Assembly: GCA_045648865.1 (NCBI GenBank)
Contig: JAZROU010000011.1
Span: 1-41,975, forward strand
Direction of reading: 5' to 3'
Source: Candidatus Enterousia sp.
Lineage (GTDB): Bacteria > Pseudomonadota > Alphaproteobacteria > Rs-D84
DNA length: 41,975 bases
In this document: positions 33,616-41,975 of the stretch, one piece after another
Numbering within the stretch: the first letter of the stretch is position 1
How the letters are laid out: each line of letters opens with the position of its first letter
The notes under the pieces: generated by a model
What the model saw: the letters and a program-made list of their open reading frames with translations, nothing else
Databases searched by the model: none
What the model was told of the DNA's origin: nothing
Position numbers and translations under genes: made by a program

Positions 33616-34059
33616 ATGTCATTTCGTGCAACCGTTGAATCTATGTCAAAAATCATGGATGATATGGGGATTACAGAACTGGATTTAGAACGTCAGTTTT
33701 TATTTGGCGTATATCGCAAACACATTCATTTATCAAAACAACAGGCTGTTGCTGTGGCATCTGCGCCGGTATCTGGCGATGCGGCGCCTGTAAAATCATC
33801 TGAAACGACAAAGCCTGTTGTTAACGGATACGCATTAAAATCACCAATGGTCGGTGTTGTATATCTGGCACCAGAACCCGGGGCAGATGCATTTGTATCT
33901 GTAGGAAAGCAGATACATGCCGGTGACACCGTCGCCTTGGTTGAAGCTATGAAGACATTTAACCCGATAAAATCTGATCGTGACGGCATTATCAAAGAAA
34001 TATTGGTATCTGATGGTGCGGCCGTTGAATTTGATCAACCATTGATTGTTATTGAATAA
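33616..34059 (+). CDS. accB: biotin carboxyl carrier protein of acetyl-CoA carboxylase
   Basis: C-terminal biotinyl domain with VALVEAMKTFNPIKSD (AMK biotinylation site), Ala/Pro linker; AAAGGA SD. Confidence 0.9.
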   Translation: MSFRATVESMSKIMDDMGITELDLERQFLFGVYRKHIHLSKQQAVAVASAPVSGDAAPVKSSETTKPVVNGYALKSPMVGVVYLAPEPGADAFVSVGKQIHAGDTVALVEAMKTFNPIKSDRDGIIKEILVSDGAAVEFDQPLIVIE

Positions 34060-34070
34060 AAGCATATAAA

Positions 34071-35417
34071 ATGCCACAAATAAAGAAAGTATTAATTGCA
34101 AATCGTGGGGAAATTGCCCTGCGCATTATTCGTGCATGTCGTGACATGGGGATACGTACGGTTGCGGTTTATTCGACTGTTGATCGTGATGCCATGCATG
34201 TACAATTGGCGGATGAATCTGTATGTATTGGTCCGGGTCCTGCGCGTGAATCTTATTTAAATGAATCTGCGATATTAACGGCGGCATTATTAACAAATTC
34301 GGATGCGATTCATCCTGGGTATGGTTTTTTATCTGAACGTGCGGACTTTGCGCACAAGGTTGAACTGCATGGCATGATATGGGTTGGTCCATCCCCTGAA
34401 ATGATTACCAAAATGGGGGACAAAGTTAATGCCAAGCGTACCGCGATTGAATGTGGTCTGCCGGTTGTTCCGGGTTCTGATGGCGCGATTGAATCGTTGG
34501 AACATGCGCTGGACGTTGCGGAAAAGATTGGATATCCCATTATGTTAAAGGCATCTGCCGGTGGTGGTGGTCGTGGCATGCGTCCTGTTATGTCGGCGGA
34601 CGAAATGTCTGATGCGTACCAGCTGACCAAGAACGAAGCCGCATCTGCATTTGGCGACGACACGTTATATATGGAAAAATTGTTAACCCACCCACGTCAC
34701 ATTGAATTTCAGGTTTTGGGCGACAAACATGGCAACGTTGTAATTTTTGGTGAACGCGATTGTTCCTTGCAGCGTCGCAATCAAAAGGTTATGGAAGAAT
34801 GCCCAGCCGCCATTTTAACCCAGAAACAGCGTGACGATATGATAGAGGTATGCAAATCTGCTGCGAAAAAAATGGGTTATACAAATGCCGGCACATTTGA
34901 ATTTATGTTCGAAGATGGCAAATTTTATTTTCTGGAAATGAACACCAGGTTGCAGGTTGAACATCCTGTCACAGAAATGGTATATGGTGTTGATTTGGTT
35001 CGCGAACAGATACGCATTGCAGCGGGCGAAAAACTTGGGTACACACAGTCAAATGTAATTCCGAACGGCCATGCGATTGAATTTCGCATCAATGCCGAAG
35101 ATTCTGAAACATTTATTCCAAATCCCGGCAAAATTACATTGTATGCGCCATCGGGCGGAATGGGTGTCCGCGTGGACAGTGCGGTCTATACCGGCTATAC
35201 AATTCCACCGACATATGATTCAATGATTGCAAAGTTAATTGTTCACGCGCAAAATCGTCCAGCGTGCATTATGCGTGCTGCGCGTGCACTGGATGAATTC
35301 GTTATCGAAGGTGTAAAAACAACAATCCCACTTCAACAGCGTTTATTGCGGAACAAGGATGTAAAACAATTGAACTTTGACAATAAATGGCTTGAAAAAT
35401 TCTTAAAAAAAGACTGA
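34071..35417 (+). CDS. accC: biotin carboxylase subunit of acetyl-CoA carboxylase
   Basis: KKVLIANRGEIALRIIRAC, HPGYGFLSE, ATP-grasp GGGGRGMR, EMNTRLQVEHPVTE. Confidence 0.95.
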   Translation: MPQIKKVLIANRGEIALRIIRACRDMGIRTVAVYSTVDRDAMHVQLADESVCIGPGPARESYLNESAILTAALLTNSDAIHPGYGFLSERADFAHKVELHGMIWVGPSPEMITKMGDKVNAKRTAIECGLPVVPGSDGAIESLEHALDVAEKIGYPIMLKASAGGGGRGMRPVMSADEMSDAYQLTKNEAASAFGDDTLYMEKLLTHPRHIEFQVLGDKHGNVVIFGERDCSLQRRNQKVMEECPAAILTQKQRDDMIEVCKSAAKKMGYTNAGTFEFMFEDGKFYFLEMNTRLQVEHPVTEMVYGVDLVREQIRIAAGEKLGYTQSNVIPNGHAIEFRINAEDSETFIPNPGKITLYAPSGGMGVRVDSAVYTGYTIPPTYDSMIAKLIVHAQNRPACIMRAARALDEFVIEGVKTTIPLQQRLLRNKDVKQLNFDNKWLEKFLKKD

Positions 35418-35446
35418 TAAAAATCCCCTGAAAATGGGGTTTTTTA

Positions 35447-37507
35447 TTAATTTAAAATTTTCACATATTCGCGTGCGACTTTTTTTATACCGCGCGTTTT
35501 GAATGCGATTGTTAATATTGCGCCACCATCTTCGATAACGACCCCTGCCCCCAGTTCTTCGTGCGACACCAATTTGCCAAGCATTGATACAGGACGCGAA
35601 ATTTTTGGTTTTTCTGTGGTCGCATGATTGTGCATGGGCGCATATGCCCGCGGACCACCGCCTTGGAAATCCAGATATTTATTATCCATTTCTGTGATAA
35701 ACCGACTGGGTGAATTATATGTACGTGTTCCAAACACAAAGCGTGTCATTGCGTTTGAAATAACACAACGTTTCTGGGCCCGCGTTATTGCAACATACGC
35801 CAGGCGCCGTTCTTCTTCGATTGCGCCTTCATTAATTGCTTTATCATTTGGGAAAATACCATCTTCCCATGCGGGCAAGAACACCGTATCAAATTCCAGT
35901 CCCTTGGCGGCATGGATTGTCATAATACTGACGGTATTTGTATTTTGCGTGGTATCATTTGCGTCATTGTCATCTGTCATCATCAGTGCCGCCTGTTCCA
36001 AGAATTCGGCCAGTGTACTGTATTTGGAAATAACCGACGTCAACAATTCACGAATATTTGATATCCGTTCGGGGGCATCTGCATCTTTGGAATCGGCCCA
36101 CATTTTCATATATCCCGTACGTTCCAGCAATTCCTTGGCGGCATCTTTTGGTGACATTGCCCCCCATTCGAAATCAAACGCAGACAGAAAATCATCGGCC
36201 GCGGCCTGTAATTTTGGTGCCAATTTTGCGCCACGCAAAGCATCCATCATCGTCAGACCACTTGCTTTTAAATTTGCGATTGCCTTGTCCCCAAATCCCC
36301 GTCGTGGTTTTGCAATTACACGTAAAAAAGACATATCGTCGAACGGATACACCATCAGGCGCAGATACGCAATAACATCACGTATTTCCATGCGGTCATA
36401 GAACTTTGTTGCACCAATTAATTTATATGGAATGCCGCGTGATGCGAATTCTTCTTCGAAAATTCGTGACAAACTGCCTGCACGAATCAACAGTGCGAAT
36501 TTAGAAAAATCCGTTGTATCTGCCCGCACGATTGCGTCGGCGATTATTCGTGCCTCGTCCCTGTCTGTTGGCACGGTCAGAACATACACAGGTTCCCCGA
36601 CTGAATCCGATTTTTCTGCACGTAAATCCTTGCCCAGGCGTCCTTGGTTGTGTCGAATTAACGAATTTGCCGCATTCAGAATGTTCGAAGTACTGCGATA
36701 ATTTGTTTCCAGGCGAATTATCTGGGCGTTTGGGAATGTTTTCTCAAAATTTAATATATGTTTTATTTCTGCGCCGCGCCATGAATATATCGATTGGTCA
36801 TCATCCCCAACACAGCAAATATTTGGTGTTTCCACGTCGCGCGTCAACATTTGCAGAAATTCCATTTGTGCATTATTTGTATCCTGGAATTCATCGACCA
36901 GAATATATTTAAATTGATTTTGATATCGTGCCAAAACGTCTGGATTTTTATCAAACAAATCCAAGACGCGCAAAATAATATCGCCAAAATCCACCGCATT
37001 CAACCGCGCCAATTCTGCGTTATACGCATTGAATAATTTGTCGGTGCATTTCAAAGCGACCAACCCTTTGTCTTTTTTTGCAGAAAATTCTTCGACGTAA
37101 TCTGCCGGTGTTTTTGTTGTTGCCGTCAGCAAAGATTTTATAACGTTTTTCTGATCGTCTTCGCCGTAAATTATAAAGTCCCGTCGCAACCCGGCGCGTT
37201 CTGCGTTACTGCGCAAGATTCGCAAACAAATCGAATGGAATGTCCCGCACCATATATCACCTGGAAACCACGCGCCATCGGAAAAAGATTCCAGTCTTTT
37301 TTTCATTTCATTTGCAGCCTTGTTCGTGAATGTCAGGGCCAAAACCTGCCATGGCAATGCCATGTTGTTGTTCAAGATATATGCAATACGTGTGGTCAAT
37401 ACGCGTGTTTTTCCGGTGCCTGCGCCGGACAATACTAATAATGGTCCGGTGGTTGTTTCGACCGCCATGCGTTGTTCGTTGTTAAGATTTTCTAGCATTA
37501 ATTTCAT
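35447..37507 (-). CDS. uvrD: UvrD/PcrA/Rep-family superfamily-1 DNA helicase
   Basis: LNNEQRMAV, GAGTGKT, LTFTNKAANEM, VDEFQDTN, YRS, TIHAAKGLEFD, LAYVAITRA. Confidence 0.9.
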   Translation of the reverse strand: MKLMLENLNNEQRMAVETTTGPLLVLSGAGTGKTRVLTTRIAYILNNNMALPWQVLALTFTNKAANEMKKRLESFSDGAWFPGDIWCGTFHSICLRILRSNAERAGLRRDFIIYGEDDQKNVIKSLLTATTKTPADYVEEFSAKKDKGLVALKCTDKLFNAYNAELARLNAVDFGDIILRVLDLFDKNPDVLARYQNQFKYILVDEFQDTNNAQMEFLQMLTRDVETPNICCVGDDDQSIYSWRGAEIKHILNFEKTFPNAQIIRLETNYRSTSNILNAANSLIRHNQGRLGKDLRAEKSDSVGEPVYVLTVPTDRDEARIIADAIVRADTTDFSKFALLIRAGSLSRIFEEEFASRGIPYKLIGATKFYDRMEIRDVIAYLRLMVYPFDDMSFLRVIAKPRRGFGDKAIANLKASGLTMMDALRGAKLAPKLQAAADDFLSAFDFEWGAMSPKDAAKELLERTGYMKMWADSKDADAPERISNIRELLTSVISKYSTLAEFLEQAALMMTDDNDANDTTQNTNTVSIMTIHAAKGLEFDTVFLPAWEDGIFPNDKAINEGAIEEERRLAYVAITRAQKRCVISNAMTRFVFGTRTYNSPSRFITEMDNKYLDFQGGGPRAYAPMHNHATTEKPKISRPVSMLGKLVSHEELGAGVVIEDGGAILTIAFKTRGIKKVAREYVKILN

Positions 37508-37513
37508 CGTTCC

Positions 37514-37542
37514 ATTATAATACCCGCGACAATTATTATCAA
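37514..37542 (-). promoter_or_regulatory. promoter TTGATA-17-TATAAT ending 6 nt before the uvrD ATG
   Basis: minus-strand TTGATA (37542..37537), 17-nt spacer, TATAAT (37519..37514), ggaacg, ATG 37507; no SD possible. Confidence 0.6.
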
Positions 37543-37557
37543 GGGCTGGGATTGGAA

Positions 37558-38235
37558 ATGAAACGTGTAATTTGTTTTGACATTGAAACGACTGGGTTTG
37601 AATATATGCGTGGCGACCGTGTGATTGAAATTGGCGCGGTAGAGGTTATAGACGGCAAAATTACCGACAATTCATTTCATGAATACATTAATCCAGATGG
37701 AAAAATAATCCCGCCTGATACATACATGGTTCACAAGATTTCCAATGCTTTTTTGGAAGATAAACCAAAAATGGCGGCGGTTGCACCACGTTTTCTGGAA
37801 TTTATCGGGGACAGTCCGATTGTCGCGCACAATGGCATGGACTTTGACTTTCCGTTTGTAAATTATGAATTAAATAAACTGGGGCTGCGCCCAATTCCAC
37901 GCGAACAGATGATGGATACGCTGGTAATTGCGCGCAATCGCGTCTTTGGTCCAAAAAGTTATACATTAGACGCATTGGCAAAATGGTATGGAATATCACT
38001 GACTGCGCGTGCGGACGCGCATGGTGCATTAATCGACTCGGAAATCCTGGCCAAGGTGTACCTGGAACTTGAAAATACCGCCCCTGCCCCGGATGTTTCT
38101 GAAATTATTGCCAAACAGCATGCCGCCATGTTGGCCCACCCAAAGGTTGGTGGCGATTTTCCATATCGAAAATTTGAAATTCCTGCACCAGACCTGGAAA
38201 ACCACCGGGCATTTATGGAAAAAATTAATAAATAA
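37558..38235 (+). CDS. dnaQ: DNA polymerase III epsilon subunit (3'-5' exonuclease)
   Basis: Exo I VICFDIETTG, Exo II VAHNGMDFDFPFV, Exo III HGALIDSEILAKVY; ATG 37558 preferred over TTG 37552. Confidence 0.9.
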   Translation: MKRVICFDIETTGFEYMRGDRVIEIGAVEVIDGKITDNSFHEYINPDGKIIPPDTYMVHKISNAFLEDKPKMAAVAPRFLEFIGDSPIVAHNGMDFDFPFVNYELNKLGLRPIPREQMMDTLVIARNRVFGPKSYTLDALAKWYGISLTARADAHGALIDSEILAKVYLELENTAPAPDVSEIIAKQHAAMLAHPKVGGDFPYRKFEIPAPDLENHRAFMEKINK

Positions 38236-38262
38236 AAATGCCGGCATTTGCCGGCTTTTTCG
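38236..38262. terminator. bidirectional terminator with the same GCCGGCatttGCCGGCttttt core as 31206..31226
   Basis: stem 38240..38255, A-run before and T-run after, between convergent genes. Confidence 0.75.
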
Positions 38263-39474
38263 TTACATTCTGGGGCCACGCATTGGGTTCATTCTTTGTT
38301 GTGGATTTGCAGACGTCATACCAACCCGTCCGACAATAATTTTATCACCCATTTGAATTTCATCTGAAATAATTTCAGATTCTGTTGCAGTCACCAATCC
38401 CTTGGTGTATGGAACCAATATAACATCGTCCCCCCGCATAATTGCCAGATGTGTCACAGGTGTTGCGCCATTGACAATATCTGAATCCAGAAAGTTTGTA
38501 AAATTTCGCACCAAGAACGCGGAGTTTGCCGCCCGCCATACATTATTTCTTTCTGAAATAACGATTGTTACAAACGCGGTCATACCCGGCATCAAACGCA
38601 ATTGTGTATTGTCTACATCAATAACAACGGTATAAACAACGACGTTTGATGTTGTTGTTGGTGACAGTCTGATTTGTCGCACTACGCCATCAAAATTTTC
38701 TGTTGGATACGCATCAACAGTAAATGTGACAGGTTGTCCTTCTTTGATAACGCCAATATCTGCCTCGGACACAGCGGTTTCGATTTGCATTTTTGTTAAA
38801 TCTTCGGCGATTTCGAACAAATCAGGTGTCTGGAAAGACGCCGCAACAGTTTGTCCGACATCAACCTTGCGCGAAATGACGGTGCCATCGACCGGGGAAA
38901 CGATTGTTGCGTATCCCAGGTTTGTCACTGCGCGATCATATGTTGATTGTGCACGTTTCACAGATTGTTCGGCCTGTTCATACTGTGTCTGCGATTGTTC
39001 CATTTCGGCGCGCGCGATAAAGTCTTCTGCGTATAATGTTTTATTGCGTTCATATTCGCTTTTTGCGAAATTTCGTTGTGAAATCGCGCTGTCCAACGAC
39101 GCCTTTGATTCGTCGACACTTGCCTGCAAGACAGATGGTTCAATTGTTAATAAAACATCGCCTTTTTTTACCTTGCTGTTAAAATCCACATACAGGTTAT
39201 CGATTGTACCCGACACCTGGGACCCGACATTAACGGTATTAACAGGTTGAATTTCACCTGTTGCGGTCACGACCTGTCGCAGGTCCCCGCGTGTAATATT
39301 CAGCGTAATAAATTCACCTGGTTTTTTTGATGTGCCACCAAATATTAACCACGCGCCAATTATCGCCGCCATTGCCATCAGTACCCACCACTTTTTACGC
39401 CACAGCCATCCAAACACGCGACGCGTAACAGATTTTTTTGGTTGTCCAGATTCAGTTGTTTTATTGTTTTTCAT
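38263..39474 (-). CDS. periplasmic adaptor / membrane-fusion protein (HlyD/MacA-type)
   Basis: N-terminal anchor WWVLMAMAAIIGAWLIF, lipoyl-like VSGTIDNLYVDFNSKVKKGDVLL, long coiled-coil, IVSPVDGTV, beta-barrel region; start ATG 39474 overlaps the tolC end by 14 nt. Confidence 0.85.
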   Translation of the reverse strand: MKNNKTTESGQPKKSVTRRVFGWLWRKKWWVLMAMAAIIGAWLIFGGTSKKPGEFITLNITRGDLRQVVTATGEIQPVNTVNVGSQVSGTIDNLYVDFNSKVKKGDVLLTIEPSVLQASVDESKASLDSAISQRNFAKSEYERNKTLYAEDFIARAEMEQSQTQYEQAEQSVKRAQSTYDRAVTNLGYATIVSPVDGTVISRKVDVGQTVAASFQTPDLFEIAEDLTKMQIETAVSEADIGVIKEGQPVTFTVDAYPTENFDGVVRQIRLSPTTTSNVVVYTVVIDVDNTQLRLMPGMTAFVTIVISERNNVWRAANSAFLVRNFTNFLDSDIVNGATPVTHLAIMRGDDVILVPYTKGLVTATESEIISDEIQMGDKIIVGRVGMTSANPQQRMNPMRGPRM

Positions 39475-40798
39475 GTTCTTTACCCTTGTCCAATTCTGTC
39501 TTGATTTCACCAACGGCCAATGCGACGGCTGCGCGTTTTGTAAACAAATCGTATCTGGCGGCGTTATTTTGCTTTTCCGCATTCAGCAATTCAGACTGCG
39601 CCGTCTGCCAATCCAGCATTGTTGCCCGTCCCACTTTGTACATACCGGCGGTCACGCGTTCAGATTCCGTTGCAGATTTCAGCAGTGTTTCGGTTTGACT
39701 TAACAGCGTCAAGGCCGTCTTGTAATTATGATATGCTGTGAATATATCCAGTGTTGCATTATCATTTGTTTGACGTTCGATTTCGACCGCGCGGTCATAG
39801 TTTGCCGCCGCCGCCCGCGCATTATACAGGTTTGCGAATCCTGCAAACAGTGGCATTGATGCGCGTATGCCGATACTGCCACTGACTTTGTCTTGGCCTG
39901 CGCCAAATGTTTCAGACGGTGTATCGTTCCACGACACAGAACCCGACGCAGAAATTGACGGCAGATTGCTAAGGAATACGCTGTTTCTGCGGTGCCACGC
40001 GGCATCTTTGTTTGCGGTTGCGCGCAATAAATCGGGGCGTGTTTTTTGTGCCTGTTCAAATAATTCTTCCAGTGATTTTGTTTCCTGTGGTGTACCGATT
40101 TCTGATGGCAAATCTGCAATTTCGATTTCCGCATTTGCCGGGAAAGACAGCTTGCTAAGCAGGGTTCCCTTGGCGATTTCGCGGTTATTTTTTGCGCGTT
40201 CCAAATCCAAATCACGCCCAGCCAATGTTGTATCTGCCTTTAACACATCTGCCTTGGCAACTGCGCCGGCCTTGAATTTTTTTTGCGCTGTATCACGCGC
40301 GGTCTGTGCGACTGTCCGCAGCATTTGCGCCGATTCAACATCTGCATCTGCATTTAATAATGCATAGTATGCCCCGATTATGCTGTAAACATAGTTTTGG
40401 ACACTTTCGTCATAATCAAATCCCGCCGCGCGCCACGCGTATATAGACTGTTTAACATCAGAAAATCTTTTACCGAAATCAAAAATCAAATATGACGCAG
40501 ACAGCGATGCACCATACGACCAATCGCCCCATTGTTCGTTTCTGTACGGCAAAGACGCATTTGCAGACGCATTAACACTGGGCAAATAATCGGCATATCC
40601 GGCATTTTTTGCAAATCGTGCAGATTCATACGCCATAAACGCGGCGGCGGTTTGCGGGTTACGGCACAGCCCCAATTCAATAACCTGTGGCAGGTTTAAT
40701 TTACCATCCGGCACATCTGTGCGCGTCATACAGTTATTGTCCGCCGCACCAGCACAAAATGGCATTAACGCCAGAATAAAAAAAGACAGTTTTCTCAT
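39461..40798 (-). CDS. tolC: TolC-family outer-membrane efflux/secretion channel
   Basis: signal peptide MRKLSFFILALMPFCAGA, two OEP repeats with coiled-coil character (LP...NASAN..., YDRAV..., LDWQTAQSELLNA); start trimmed to ATG 40798. Confidence 0.85.
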   Translation of the reverse strand: MRKLSFFILALMPFCAGAADNNCMTRTDVPDGKLNLPQVIELGLCRNPQTAAAFMAYESARFAKNAGYADYLPSVNASANASLPYRNEQWGDWSYGASLSASYLIFDFGKRFSDVKQSIYAWRAAGFDYDESVQNYVYSIIGAYYALLNADADVESAQMLRTVAQTARDTAQKKFKAGAVAKADVLKADTTLAGRDLDLERAKNNREIAKGTLLSKLSFPANAEIEIADLPSEIGTPQETKSLEELFEQAQKTRPDLLRATANKDAAWHRRNSVFLSNLPSISASGSVSWNDTPSETFGAGQDKVSGSIGIRASMPLFAGFANLYNARAAAANYDRAVEIERQTNDNATLDIFTAYHNYKTALTLLSQTETLLKSATESERVTAGMYKVGRATMLDWQTAQSELLNAEKQNNAARYDLFTKRAAVALAVGEIKTELDKGKEHEKQ

Positions 40799-40847
40799 AT
40801 AAAATCTCTCTCGGAATAACAATATATTAAATTATACAATTTTTATG

Positions 40848-40876
40848 TTGAATTACAAATTATTTTTGCGTAATAT
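40848..40876 (+). promoter_or_regulatory. tRNA-Cys promoter TTGAAT-17-TAATAT
   Basis: TTGAAT 40848..40853, 17-nt spacer, TAATAT 40871..40876, tRNA 5' end at 40893. Confidence 0.55.
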
Positions 40877-40892
40877 GGTCACGCAAAGTTCA

Positions 40893-40966
40893 GGCCTGGT
40901 GGCAGAGTGGTTATGCAGAGGACTGCAAATCCTTGGATGCCGGTTCGATTCCGACCCAGGCCTCCA
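40893..40966 (+). tRNA. tRNA-Cys (GCA)
   Basis: GGCCTGG acceptor, anticodon arm GAGGA-CTGCAAA-TCCTT, TTCGATT T-loop, discriminator U73 typical of tRNA-Cys, encoded CCA. Confidence 0.9.
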
Positions 40967-40970
40967 CTAT

Positions 40971-40998
40971 AAAACACCCCAAGATGGGGTGTTTTTTT
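40971..40998. terminator. bidirectional terminator
   Basis: aaaa CACCCC aagat GGGGTG ttttttt; serves tRNA-Cys and the convergent Cys-rich gene. Confidence 0.7.
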
Positions 40999-41975
40999 AA
41001 GAATTGCTGTTTTTTATGCAAACACCGTTTTGCATTGTAAAATCGGGATCGCATACGCATGTCCCGTACGAGTTGCGTTCGCTGTTATCCGGACATTTTA
41101 GTACACACGATGTTCCCCATGGTATATACCCGGTCTTACATCTACATCTGGTGTTAACACATTTTTTGTCGTTTCCAATTTCTCCGGCCGGGCATTCTGT
41201 CGACTGATACTCTGAATTATCTGGGCACAGTAACGACTGATAGAACATTTCGGATATGTTGTTTATACATGTTTCTTCGTCTGTTATGGGGCAACTGGTT
41301 GTATCGCCATTAAACACCGCGTATGCGCACGTCAGTGCAACATTACGACACGCCCCGCGCATTACATTATAAATGCCACTTACACTGGCGGATGATGACC
41401 ATGCATTTACCTGGGTCACCTGTTGGTTATAGCATTGTGCGATATCCACCATACAACTGGACGCATATTTTGAAATGGCGCGTTGCTGTGCGGCACGAAT
41501 ATTAACCATTGCGCGCTGGACATAGTTCACAACAACATCGTTATATGGAATGTAATTACCTGACGCATCATAGGATACGCGCTGACACTTGTCCAAAACG
41601 GCGCGACACAGCCCTTCGTCGGTCACATTTTGTTTTGTGCCAATTTTTTGTAATAAATATTTTGCAACGCATGACCCATCGCCACCGACGCTTGGGTCAT
41701 CAGACGATGAAACTTTGCTACAACTTTCTGAATTTATTATTTGGTTGTCGTACGCGTTTTCCAAGAACGTTTTATCAATATTCGCATTGTTGTAATTTTT
41801 CATAAAATCAGTGATATCTGAAACCCTTTGTCCTAATACCACATTACCATTTTCGTCGATATATTTTTTTGTTGGGTCGACACATTTCAGGTAATCATCC
41901 CCACAGACCATATCGTCCTTCATACATGTTTCCAGTGCCCCGATACAAGCCTTGGCGTCATATTGGTTTTTGTTT
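40997..41975 (-). CDS. C-terminal part of a large Cys-rich secreted/surface protein with EGF-like C-terminal modules; 5' end lies beyond the window
   Basis: the frame stays open upstream of the track's Met (41923) to the window edge (…NKNQYDAKACIGALETC-MKDD…); 22 Cys in the last 308 aa; two CPDNSE-initiated Cys modules at the C-terminus. Confidence 0.7.
   Translation of the reverse strand, partial: NKNQYDAKACIGALETCMKDDMVCGDDYLKCVDPTKKYIDENGNVVLGQRVSDITDFMKNYNNANIDKTFLENAYDNQIINSESCSKVSSSDDPSVGGDGSCVAKYLLQKIGTKQNVTDEGLCRAVLDKCQRVSYDASGNYIPYNDVVVNYVQRAMVNIRAAQQRAISKYASSCMVDIAQCYNQQVTQVNAWSSSASVSGIYNVMRGACRNVALTCAYAVFNGDTTSCPITDEETCINNISEMFYQSLLCPDNSEYQSTECPAGEIGNDKKCVNTRCRCKTGYIPWGTSCVLKCPDNSERNSYGTCVCDPDFTMQNGVCIKNSNS

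Noticed and set aside
35628-36401. 257-aa ORF on the plus strand
   Set aside because: It is antisense to the uvrD-family helicase, with shadow-frame composition and no start context.
38726-40367. Several 160-175-aa ORFs (38726..39250 +, 39709..40215 -, 39867..40367 +)
   Set aside because: They overlap the adaptor and tolC genes in other frames or on the other strand. Their Cys/Arg/Ser-rich composition is nonsense-like, whereas the tolC and adaptor frames carry the family features.

Overview
AT-rich, densely packed chromosomal window from a Gram-negative bacterium. Lipid A genes, TolC and beta-barrel OMPs show it is diderm. An alpha-type SspB, a Cys-free long-form L36 and DUF374-lpxK linkage suggest an alphaproteobacterium. 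VirB3/VirB4, a Stealth enzyme and a Cys-rich EGF-like protein suggest a host-associated lifestyle (inference). All calls come from reading the ORF track and the DNA and from remembered family motifs. No searches were run.

Layout:
- 1-8.5 kb: an accessory block bracketed by tRNA-Met(CAU) and tRNA-fMet. It holds a GT8 glycosyltransferase, three orphan genes, two beta-barrel OMPs and a Stealth/GT2-like/RgpF-like operon.
- 8.7-11.8 kb: DUF374-lpxK-lpxC with overlapping junctions, plus a lipoprotein.
- 11.8-15.1 kb: virB3-virB4 translationally coupled to a secreted HExxH protein.
- 15.15-15.46 kb: a 311-nt spacer packed with repeated words, followed by rpmJ.
- 15.6-19.0 kb: sspB, recF, a half-size SufD-like gene and ychF.
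- 19.1-27.1 kb: a virtually gapless mreC-mreD-mrdA-rodA-topA-dnaG string.
- 27.2-38.2 kb: rpmI-rplT-pheST, an orphan carrier-protein gene, mreB, rnpA-yidD, accBC, uvrD and dnaQ.
- 38.3-42.0 kb: tolC plus a membrane-fusion protein, tRNA-Cys, and a Cys-rich gene that runs off the right edge.

I found no CRISPR array, IS element, integrase or phage genes.

Most interesting leads:
- the stand-alone virB3-virB4-HExxH module and the motif array upstream of it;
- a recurring promoter-to-ATG spacing of 6-9 nt, suggesting leaderless mRNAs;
- an orphan protein ending in a polybasic tract plus CCIE;
- a carrier protein with a four-Cys tail;
- the EGF-like Cys-rich protein.
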